NCBI RefSeq assembly: GCF_009914755.1 | Contig: NC_060925.1 | Direction: 5' to 3' (one strand) | DNA length: 64,000 bases | From: the human T2T-CHM13v2.0 reference genome, Homo sapiens | Shown: in pieces, positions 42,727-56,100 of the stretch | Layout: each line of letters starts with the position of its first letter | Position numbering within the stretch: the stretch's first letter is position 1 | The notes under the pieces: generated by a model | The model's database searches: none | What the model saw: the letters and a program-made list of their open reading frames with translations, nothing else | Told to the model about the DNA's origin: nothing | Translations under genes and position numbers: made by a program

Positions 42727-45700
42727 ATGGAATCGTCATCGAATGAATTGAATGCAATCATCGAATGGTCTCGAATGGAATCATCTTCAAATGGAATGGA
42801 ATGGAATCATCGCATAGAATCGAATGGAATTATCATCGAATGGAATCGAATGGAATCAACATCAAACGGAAAAAAACGGAATTATCGAATGGAATCGAAG
42901 AGAATCATCGAATGGACCCGAATGGAATCATCTAATGGAATGGAATGGAATAATCCATGGACTCGAATGCAATCATCATCGAATGGAATCGAATGGAATC
43001 ATCGAATGGACCCGAATGGAATAATCATTGAATGGAATCGAATGGAATCATCATCGGATGGAAATGAAAGGAGTCATCATCTAATGGAATTGCATGGAAT
43101 CATCATAAAATGGAATCGAATGGAATCAACATCAAATGGAATCAAATGGAATCATTGAACGGAATTGAATGGAATCGTGATCGAATGAATTGAATGCAAT
43201 CATCGAATGGTCTCGAATGGAATCATCTTCAAATGGAATGGAATGGAATCATCGCATAGAATCGAATGGAATTATCATCGAATGGAATCGAATGGAATCA
43301 ACATCAAACGGAAAAAAACGGAATTATCGAATGGAATCGAAGAGAATCATCGAATGGACCCGAATGGAATCATCTAATGAAACGGAATGGAATAATCCAT
43401 GGACTCGAATGCAATCATCATCGAATGGAATCGAATGGAATCATCGAATGGACTCGAATGGAATAATCATTGAACGGAATCGAATGGAATCATCATCGGA
43501 TGGAAATGAATGGAATCATCATCGAATGGAATCGAATAGAATTATGGAATGAAATCCAGTGTGATCATCATCGAATGGACCCGAATGGAATCATCATCCA
43601 ACGGAAGCTAATGGAATCAACATCGAATGAATCAAATGGAAACACCATCGAATTGAAACGAATGGAATTACCATGAAATTGAAATGGATGGACTCATCAT
43701 CGAATGGATTCGAATGGAATCATCGAATAAAATTGATTGAAATCATCAACGAATGGAATCGAATGGTATCATTGAATGGAATCGAATGGAATCATCATCA
43801 GATGGAAATGAATGGAATCGTCATAGAATGGAATCGAATGGATTCATTGAATGGAATCAGATGGAATCATCGAATGGACTGGAATGGAATCATTGAATGG
43901 ACTCGAAAGGGATCATGATTGAATGGAATTGAATGGAATCATCAAATGGTCTCGATTGGAATCATTATCAAATGGAATCGAATGGAATCACCGAATAGAA
44001 TCGAATGGAACAATCATCGAATGGACTCAAATGGAATTATCCTCAAATGGAATCGAATGGAATTATCAAATGCAATCGAATGGAATTATCGAATGCAATC
44101 GAATAGAATCATCGAATGGACTCGAATGGAATCATCGAATGGAATGGAATGGAACAGTCAATGAACTCGAATGGAATCATCATTGAATGGAATCGAATGG
44201 AATCATCGAGTGGAATCGAATGGAATTATGATCAAATGGAATCGAATGTAATCATCATCAAATGGAATCAAAAATAACCATCATCAATTGGTAATGAATG
44301 GAATTGTCATCAAATGGAATTCAAAGGAATTATCATCAAATGGAACCGAATGGAATCCTCATTGAATGGAAATGAAAGGGGTCATCATCTAATGGAATTG
44401 CATGGAATCATCATCAAATGGAGTCGAATGGAATCATCATCAAATGGAATCTAATGGAATCATTGAACAGAATTGAATGGAATCGTCATCGAATGAATTG
44501 AATGCAATCATCGAATGGTCTCGAATGGAATCATCTTCTAATGGAAAGGAATGGAATCATCGCATAGAATCGAATGGAATTATCATCGAATGGAATCGAA
44601 TGGTATCAACACCAAACGGAAAAAAACGGAATTATGGAATGGAATCGAAGAGAATCTTCGAACGGACCCGAATGGAATCATCTAATGGAATGGAATGGAA
44701 TAATCCATGGACTCGAATGCAATCATCATCGAATGGAATCAAATGGAATCATCGAATCGACTCGAATGGAATAATCATTGAACGGAATCGAATGGAATCA
44801 TCATCGGATGGAAACGAATGGAATCATCATCGAATGGAAATGAAAGGAGTCATCATCTAATGGAATTGCATGGAATCATCATAAAATGGATTCGAATGGA
44901 ATCAACATCAAATGGAATCAAATGGAATCATTGAACGGAATTGAATGGAATCGTCATCGAATGAATTGAATGCAATCATCGAATGGTCTCGAATGGAATC
45001 ATCTTCAAATGGAATGGAATGGAATCATCGCATACAATCGAATGGAATTATCATCGAATGGAATCGAATGGAATCAACATCAAACGGAAAAAAACGGAAT
45101 TATCGAATGGAATCGAAGAGAATCATCGAATGGACCCGAATGGAAACATCTAATGGAATGGAATGGAATAATCCATGGACTCGAATGCAATCATCGTCAA
45201 ATGGAATCGAATGGAATCATCGAATGGATTCGAATGGAATAATCATTGAACGGAATCGAATGGAATCATCATCGGATGGAAATGAATGGAATCATCATCG
45301 AATGGAATCGAATAGAATTATGGAATGAAATCCAGTGTGATCATCATCGAATGGACCCGAATGGAATCATCATCCAACGGAAGCTAATGGAATCAACATC
45401 GAATGAATCAAATGGAAACACCATCGAATTGAAACGAATGGAATTACCATGAAATTGAAATGGATGGACTCATCATCGAATGGATTCGAATGGAATCATC
45501 GAATAAAATTGATTGAAATCATCATCGAATGGAATCGAATGGTATCATTGAATGGAATCGAATGGAATCATCATCAGATGGAAATGAATGGAATCGTCAT
45601 AGAATGGAATCGAATGGATTCATTGAATGGAATCATAATGAATCATCGAATGGACTGGAATGGAATCATTGAATGGACTCGAAAGGGATCATGATTGAAT

Positions 45701-46159
45701 GGAATTGAATGGAATCATCGAATGGTCTCGATTGGAATCATTATCAAATGGAATCGAATGGAATCACCGAATAGAATCGAATGGAACAATCATCGAATGG
45801 ACTCAAATGGAATTATCCTCAAATGGAATGGAATGGAATTATCGAATGCAATCGAATGGAATTATCGAATGCAATCGAATAGAATCATCGAATGGACTCG
45901 AATGGAATCATCGAATGGAATGGAATGGAACAGTCAATGAACTCGAATGGAATCATCATTGAATGGAATCGAATGGAATCATCGAGTGGAATCGAATGGA
46001 ATTATGATCAAATGGAATCGAATGTAATCATCATCAAATGGAATCAAAAATAACCATCATCAATTGGTATTGAATGGAATTGTCATCAAATGGAATTCAA
46101 AGGAATCATCATCAAATGGAACCGAATGGAATCCTCATTGAATGGAAATGAAAGGGGTC

Positions 46160-49100
46160 ATCATCTAATGGAATCGCATGGAATCATCATCAAATGGAAT
46201 CGAATGGAATCATCATCAAATGGAATCTAATGGAATCATTGAAAAGAATTGAATGGAATCGTCATCGAATGAATTGAATGCAATCATCGAATGGTCTCGA
46301 ATGGAATCATCTTCTAATGGAAAGGAATGGAATCATCGCATAGAATCGAATGGAATTATCATCGAATGGAATCGAATGGTATCAACACCAAACGGAAAAA
46401 AACGGAATTATCGAATGGAATCGAAGAGAATCTTCGAACGGACCCGAATGGAATCATCTAATGGAATGGAATGGAATAATCCATGGACTCGAATGCAATC
46501 ATCATCGAATGGAATCGAATGGAATCATCGAATGGACTTGAATGGAATAATCATTGAACGGAATCGATTGGAATCATCATCGGATGGAAATGAATGGAAT
46601 CATCATCGAATGGAAATGAAAGGAGTCATCATCTAATGGAATTGCATGGAATCATCATAAAATGGAATCGAATGGAATCAACATCAAATGGAATCAAATG
46701 GAATCATTGAACGGAATTGAATGGAATCGTCATCGAATGAATAGACTGCAATCATCCAATGGTCTCGAATGGAATCATCTTCAAATGGAATGGAATGGAA
46801 TCATCGCATAGAATCGAATGGAATTATCATCGAATGGAATCGAGTGGAATCAACATCCAACGGAAAAAAACGGAATTATCGAATGGAATCGAAGAGAATC
46901 ATCGAATGGACCCGAATGGAATCATCTAATGGAATGGAAAGGAATAATCCATGGACTCGAATGCAATCATCATCGAATGGAATCGAATGGAATCATCGAA
47001 TGGACTCGAATGGAATAATCATTGAACGGAATCGAATGGAATCATCATCGGATGGAAATGAATGGAATCATCATCGAATGGAATCGAATAGAATTATGGA
47101 ATGAAATCCAGTGTGATCATCATCGAATGGACCCGAATGGAATCATCATCCAACGGAAGCTAATGGAATCAACATCGAATGAATCAAATTGAAACACCAT
47201 CGAATTGAAACGAATGGAATTATCATGAAATTGAAATGGATGGACTCATCATCGAATGGATTCGAATGGAATCATCGAATAAAATTGATTGAAATCATCA
47301 TCCAATGGAATCGAATGGTATCATTGAATGGAATCGAATGGAATCATCATCAGATGGAAATGAATGGAATCGTCATAGAATGGAATCGAATGGATTCATT
47401 GAATGGAATCAGATGGAATCATCGAATGGACTGGAATGGAATCATTGAATGGACTCGAAAGGGATCATTATTGAATGGAATTGAATGGAATCATCGAATG
47501 GTCTCGATTGGAATCATTATCAAATGGAATCGAATGGAATCACCGAATAGAATCGAATGGAACAATCATCGAATGGACTCAAATGGAATCATCCTCAAAT
47601 GGAATGGAATGGAATTATCGAATGCAATCGAATAGAATCATCGAATGGACTCGAATGGAATCATCGAATGGAATGGAATGGAACAGTCAATGAACTCGAA
47701 TGGAATCATCATTGAATGGAATCGAATGGAATCATCGAGTGGAGTCGAATGGAATTATGATCAAATGGAATCTAATGTAATAATCATCAAATGGAATCAA
47801 AAATAACCATCATCAATTGGTATTGAATGGAATTGTCATCAAATGGAATTCAAAGGAATCATCATCAAATGGAACCGAATGGAATCCTCATTGAATGGAA
47901 ATGAAAGGGGTCATCATCTAATGGAATCGCATGGAATCATCATCAAATGGAATCGAATGGAATCATCATCAAATGGAATCTGATGGAATCATTGAACAGA
48001 ATTGAATGGAATCGTCATCGAATGAATTGAATGCAATCATCGAATGGTCTCGAATGGAATCATCTTCTAATGGAAAGGAATGGAATCATCGCATAGAATC
48101 GAATGGAATTAACATTGAATGGACTCGAATGGAATCAACATCAAACGGAATCAAGCGGAATTATCGAATGGAATCGAAGAGAATCATCGAATGGACTCGA
48201 ATGGAATAATCTAATGGAATTGAATGGAATAATCCACGGACTCGAATGCAATCATCATCGTATAGAATCGAATGGAATCATCGAATGGACTCGAATGGAA
48301 TAATCATTGAACGGAATCGAATGGAATCATCATCGGATGGAAACGAATGGAATCATCATCGAATGGAAATGAAAGGAGTCATCATCTAATGGAATTGCAT
48401 GGAATCATCATCAAATGGAATCGAATGGAATCAACAGCAAATGGAATCAAATGTAATCATTGAACGGAATTGAATGGAATCGTCATCCAATGAATGAATG
48501 CAATCATCGAATGGTCTCGAATGCAATCATCTTCAAATGGAATGGAATGGAATCATCGCATAGAATCGAATGGAATTATCATCGAATGGAATCGAATGGT
48601 ATCAACATCAAACGGAAAAAAACGGAATTATCGAATGAAATCGAATAGAATCATCGAATGGACCCGAATGGAATCATCTAATGGAATGGAATGGAATAAT
48701 CCACGGACTCGAATGCAATCATCGTCGAATGGAATCGAATGGAATCATCGAATGGACTCGAATGGAATAATCATTGAACAGAATCGAATGGAATCATCAT
48801 CGGATGGAAACGAATGGAATCATCATCGAATGGAAATGAAAGGAGTCATCATCTAATGGAATCGCATGGAATCATCATCAAATGGAATCGAATGGAATCA
48901 TCATCAAATGGAATCTAATGGAATCATTGAAAAGAATTGAATGGAATCGTCATCGAATGAATTGAATGCAATCATCGAATGGTCTCGAATGGAATCATCT
49001 TCTAATGGAAAGGAATGGAATCATCGCATAGAATCGAATGGAATTATCATCGAATGGAATCGAATGGTATCAACACCAAACGGAAAAAAACGGAATTATC

Positions 49101-51545
49101 GAATGGAATCGAAGAGAATCTTCGAACGGACCCGAATGGAATCATCTAATGGAATGGAATGGAATAATCCATGGACTCGAATGCAATCATCATCGAATGG
49201 AATCGAATGGAATCATCGAATGGACTTGAATGGAATAATCATTGAACGGAATCGATTGGAATCATCATCGGATGGAAACGAATGGAATCATCATCGAATG
49301 GAAATGAAAGGAGTCATCATCTAATGGAATTGCATGGAATCATCATAAAATGGAATCGAATGGAATCAACATCAAATGGAATCAAATGGAATCATTGAAC
49401 GGAATTGAATGGAATCGTCATCGAATGAATTGACTGCAATCATCCAATGGTCTCGAATGGAATCATCTTCAAATGGAATGGAATGGAATCATCGCATAGA
49501 ATCGAATGGAATTATCATCGAATGGAATCGAATGGAATCAACATCCAACGGAAAAAAACGGAATTATCGAATGGAATCGAAGAGAATCATCGAATGGACC
49601 CGAATGGAATCATCTAATGGAATGGAATGGAATAATCCATGGACTCGAATGCAATCATCATCGAATGGAATCGAATGGAATCATCGAATGGACTCGAATG
49701 GAATAATCATTGAACGGAATCGAATGGAATCATCATCGGATGGAAATGAATGGAATCATCAACGAATGGAATCGAATAGAATTATGGAATGAAATCCAGT
49801 GTGATCATCATCGAATGGACCCGAATGGAATCATCATCCAACGGAAGCTAATGGAATCAACATCGAATGAATCAAATGGAAACACCATCGAATTGAAACG
49901 AATGGAATTATCATGAAATTGAAATGGATGGACTCATCATCGAATGGATTCGAATGGAATCATCGAATAAAATTGATTGAAATCATCATCCAATGGAATC
50001 GAATGGTATCATTGAATGGAATCGAATGGAATCATCATCAGATGGAAATGAATGGAATCGTCATAGAATGGAATCGAATGGATTCATTGAATGGAATCAG
50101 ATGGAATCATTGAATGGACTGGAATGGAATCATTGAATGGACTCGAAAGGGATCATGATTGAATGGAATTGAATGGAATCATCGAATGGTCTCGATTGGA
50201 ATCATTATCAAATGGAATCGAATGGAATCACCGAATAGAATCGAATGGAACAATCATCGAATGGACTCAAATGGAATCATCCTCAAATGGAATGGAATGG
50301 AATTATCGAATGCAATCGAATAGAATCATCGAATGGACTCGAATGGAATCATCGAATGGAATGGAATGGAACAGTCAATGAACTCGAATGGAATCATCAT
50401 TGAATGGAATCGAATGGAATCATCGAGTGGAATCGAATGGAATTATGATCAAATGGAATCGAATGTAATAATCATCAAATGGAATCAAAAATAACCATCA
50501 TCAATTGGTATTGAATGGAATTGTCATCAAATGGAATTCAAAGGAATCATCATCAAATGGAACCGAATGGAATCCTCATTGAATGGAAATGAAAGGGGTC
50601 ATCATCTAATGGAATCGCATGGAATCATCATCAAATGGAATCGAATGGAATCATCATCAAATGGAATCTGATGGAATCATTGAACAGAATTGAATGGAAT
50701 CGTCATCGAATGAATTGAATGCAATCATCGAATGGTCTCGAATGGAATCATCTTCTAATGGAAAGGAATGGAATCATCGCATAGAATCGAATGGAATTAA
50801 CATTGAATGGACTCGAATGGAATCAACATCAAACGGAATCAAGCGGAATTATCGAATGGAATCGAAGAGAATCATCGAATGGACTCGAATGGAATAATCT
50901 AATGGAATTGAATGGAATAATCCACGGACTCGAATGCAATCATCATCGTATAGAATCGAATGGAATCATCGAATGGACTCGAATGGAATAATCATTGAAC
51001 GGAATCGAATGGAATCATCATCGGATGGAAACGAATGGAATCATCATCGAATGGAAATGAAAGGAGTCATCATCTAATGGAATTGCATGGAATCATCATC
51101 AAATGGAATCGAATGGAATCAACAGCAAATGGAATCAAATGTAATCATTGAACGGAATTGAATGGAATCGTCATCCAATGAATGAATGCAATCATCGAAT
51201 GGTCTCGAATGCAATCATCTTCAAATGGAATGGAATGGAATCATCGCATAGAATCGAATGGAATTATCATCGAATGGAATCGAATGGTATCAACATCAAA
51301 CGGAAAAAAACGGAATTATCGAATGAAATCGAATAGAATCATCGAATGGACCCGAATGGAATCATCTAATGGAATGGAATGGAATAATCCACGGACTCGA
51401 ATGCAATCATCGTCGAATGGAATCGAATGGAATCATCGAATGGACTCGAATGGAATAATCATTGAACAGAATCGAATGGAATCATCATCGGATGGAAACG
51501 AATGGAATCATCATCGAATGGAAATGAAAGGAGTCATCATCTAAT
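46160..51545. repeat. Tandem duplication with 2688-bp period (468+1285+468+467)
   Basis: ORF pairs 46253/48941, 47475/50163, 48006/50694 and 48494/51182 are offset 2688. Shared variants are ggacttgaatgg, aatcgattggaatcatcatcgg, caaatgtaatcattg and cgaatgaaatcgaatag. Confidence 0.9.
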
Positions 51546-53108
51546 GGAATTGCATGGAATCATCATCAAATGGAATCGAATGGAATCAACATCAAATGGA
51601 ATCAAATGGAATCATTGAACGGAATTGAATGGAATCGTCATCGAATGAATTGAATGCAATCATCGAATGGTCTCGAGTGGAATCATCTTCAAATGGAATG
51701 GAATGGAATCATCGCATAGAATCGAATGGAATTATCATCGAATGGAATCGAATGGTATCAACATCAAACGGAAAAAAACGGAATTATCGAATGGAATCGA
51801 AGAGAATCTTCGAACGGACCCGAATGGAATCATCTAATGGAATGGAATGGAATAATCCATGGACTGGAAGGCAATCATCATTGAACGGAATCGAAAGGAA
51901 TCATCATCGGATGGAAACGAATGGAATCATCATCGAATGGAAATGAAAGGAGTCATCATCTAATGGAATTGCATGGAATCATCATAAAATGGAATCGAAT
52001 GGAATCAACATCAAATGGAATCAAATGGAATCATTGAACGGAATTGAATGGAATCGTCATCGAATGAATTGAATGCAATCATCGAATGGTCTCGAATGGA
52101 ATCATCTTCAAATGGAATGGAATGGAATCATCGCATAGAATCGAATGGAATTATCATCGAATGGAATCGAATGGAATCAACATCAAACGGAAAAAAACGG
52201 AATTATCGAATGGAACCGAATAGAATCATCGAATGGACCCGAATGGAATCATCTAATGGAATGGAATGGAATAATCCGTGGACTCGAATGCAATCATCAT
52301 CGAATGTAATCGAATGGAATCATCCAATGGACTCGAATGGAATAATCATTGAACGGAATCGAATGGAATCATCATCGGATGGAAATGAATGGAATCATCA
52401 TCGAATGGAATCGAATAGAATTATGGAATGAAATCCAGTGTGATCATCATCGAATGGACCCGAATGGAATCATCATCCAACGGATGGTAATGGAATCAAC
52501 ATCGAATGAATCAAATGGAAACACCATCGAATTGAAACGAATGGAATTACCATGAAATTGAAATGGATGGACTCATCATCGAATGGATTCGAATGGAATC
52601 ATCGAATAAAATTGATTGAAATCATCATCGAATGGAATCGAATGGATTCATTGAATGGAATCAGATGGAATCATCGAATGGACTGGAATGGAATCATTGA
52701 ATGGACACGAAAGAGATCATGATTGAATGGAATTGAATGGAATCATCGAATGGTCTCGATTGGAATCATTATCAAATGGAATCGAATGGAATCACCGAAT
52801 AGAATCGAATGGAACAATCATCGAATGGACTCAAATGGAATTATCCTCAAATGGAATGGAATGGAATTATCGAATGCAATCGAATGGAATTATCGAATGC
52901 AATCGAATAGAATCATTGAATGGACTCGAATGGAATAATCATTGAACGGAATCGAATGGAATCATCATCGGATGGAAACGAATGGAATCATCATCGAATG
53001 GAAATGAAAGGAGTCATCATCTAATGGAATTGCATGGAATCATCATAAAATGGAATCGAATGGAATCAACATCAAATGGAATCAAATGGAATCATTGAAC
53101 GGAATTGA
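49409..53108. repeat. 3700-bp copy of the variant cassette (1285+468+467+419+1061)
   Basis: Module starts 49409, 50694, 51162, 51629, 52048 and 53109; offset 10382 from the 39027 copy. Confidence 0.88.
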
Positions 53109-56100
53109 ATGGAATCGTCATCGAATGAATTGAATGCAATCATCGAATGGTCTCGAATGGAATCATCTTCAAATGGAATGGAATGGAATCATCGCATAGA
53201 ATCGAATGGAATTATCATCGAATGGAATCGAATGGAATCAACATCAAACGGAAAAAAACGGAATTATCGAATGGAATCGAAGAGAATCATCGAATGGACC
53301 CGAATGGAATCATCTAATGAAACGGAATGGAATAATCCATGGACTCGAATGCAATCATCATCGAATGGAATCGAATGGAATCATCGAATGGACTCGAATG
53401 GAGTAATCATTGAACGGAATCGAATGGAATCATCATCGGATGGAAATGAATGGAATCATCATCGAATGGAATCGAATAGAATTATGGAATGAAATCCAGT
53501 GTGATCATCATCGAATGGACCCGAATGGAATCATCACCCACCGGAAGCTAATGGAATCAACATCGAATGAATCGAATGGAAACACCATCGAATTGAAACG
53601 AATGGAATTATCATGAAATTGAAATGGATGGACTCATCATCGAATGGATTCGAATGGAATCATCGAATAAAATTGATTGAAATCATCATCGAATGGAATC
53701 GAATGGTATCATTGAATGGAATCGAATGGAATCATCATCAGATGGAAATGAATGGAATCGTCATAGAATGGAATCGAATGGATTCATTGAATGGAATCAG
53801 ATGGAATCATCGAATGGACTGGAATGGAATCATTGAATGGACTCGAAAGGGATCATTATTGAATGGAATTGAATGGAATCATCGAATGGTCTCGATTGGA
53901 ATCATTATCAAATGGAATCGAATGGAATCACCGAATAGAATCGAATGGAACAATCATCGAATGGACTCAAATGGAATTATCCTCCAATGGAATCGAATGG
54001 AATTATCGAATGCAATCGAATGGAATTATCGAATGCAATCGAATAGAATCATCGAATGGACTCGAATGGAATCATCGAATGGAATGGAATGGAACAGTCA
54101 ATGAACTCGAATGGAATCATCATTGAATGGAATCGAATGGAATCATCGAGTGGAATCGAATGGAATTATGATCAAATGGAATCGAATGTAATCATCATCA
54201 AATGGAATCAAAAATAACCATCATCAATTGGTATTGAATGGAATTGTCATCAAATGGAATTCAAAGGAATCATCATCAAATGGAACCGAATGGAATCCTC
54301 ATTGAATGGAAATGAAAAGGGTCATCATCTAATGGAATCACATGGAATCATCATCAAATGGAATCGAATGGAATCATCATCAAATGGAATCTAATGGAAT
54401 CATTGAACAGAATTGAATGGAATCGTCATCGAATGAATTGAATGCAATCATCGAATGGTCTCGAATGGAATCATCTTCTAATGGAAAGGAATGGAATCAT
54501 CGCATAGAATCGAATGGAATTATCATCGAATGGAATCGAATGGTATCAACACCAAACGGAAAAGAACGGAATTATCGAATGGAATCGAAGAGAATCTTCG
54601 AACGGACCCGAATGGAATCATCTAATGGAATGGAATGGAATAATCCATGGACTCGAATGCAATCATCATCGAATGGAATCGACTGGAATCATCGAATGGA
54701 CTGGAATGGAATAATCATTGAACGGAATCGAATGGAATCATCATCGGATGGAAACGAATGGAATCATCATCGAATGGAAATGAAAGGAGTCATCATCTAA
54801 TGGAATTGCATGGAATCATCATAAAATGGAATCGAATGGAATCAACATCAAATGGAATCAAATGGAATCATTGAACGGAATTGAATGGAATCGTCATAGA
54901 ATGAATTGACTGCAATCATCGAATGGTCTCGAATGGAATCATCTTCAAATGGAATGGAATGGAATCATCGCATAGAATCGAATGGAATTATCATCGAATG
55001 GAATCGAATGGAATCAACATCAAACGGAAAAAAACGGAATTATCGAATGGAATCGAAGAGAATCATCGAATGGACCCGAATGGAATCATCTAATGGAATG
55101 GAATGGAATAATCCATGGACTCGAATGCAATCATCATCGAATGGAATCGAATGGAATCATCGAATGGACTCGAATGGAATAATCATTGAACGGAATCGAA
55201 TGGAATCATCATGGATGGAAATGAATGGAATCATCATCGAATGGAATCGAATAGAATTATGGAATGAAATCCAGTGTGATCATCATCGAATGGACCCGAA
55301 TGGAATCATCATCCAACGGAAGCTAATGGAATCAACATCGAATGAATCGAATGGAAACACCATCGAATTGAAACGAATGGAATTATCATGAAATTGAAAT
55401 GGATGGACTCATCATCGAATGGATTCGAATGGAATCATCGAATAAAATTAATTGAAATCATCATCCAATGGAATCGAATGGTATCATTGAATGGAATCGA
55501 ATGGAATCATCATCAGATGGAAATGAATGGAATCGTCATAGAATGGAATCGAATGGATTCATTGAATGGAATCAGATGGAATCATCGAATGGACTGGAAT
55601 GGAATCATTGAATGGACTCAAAAGGGATCATTATTGAATGGAATTGAATGGAATCATCGAATGGTCTCGATTGGAATCATTATCAAATGGAATCGAATGG
55701 AATCACCGAATAGAATCGAATGGAACAATCATCGAATGGACTCAAATGGAATTATCCTCCAATGGAATCGAATGGAATTATCGAATGCAATCGAATGGAA
55801 TTATCGAATGCAATCGAATAGAATCATCGAATGGACTCGAATGGAATCATCGAATGGAATGGAATGGAACAGTCAATGAACTCGAATGGAATCATCATTG
55901 AATGGAATCGAATGGAATCATCGAGTGGAATCGAATGGAATTATGATCAAATGGAATCGAATGTAATCATCATCAAATGGAATCAAAAATAACCATCATC
56001 AATTGGTATTGAATGGAATTGTCATCAAATGGAATTCAAAGGAATCATCATCAAATGGAACCGAATGGAATCCTCATTGAATGGAAATGAAAGGGGTCAT

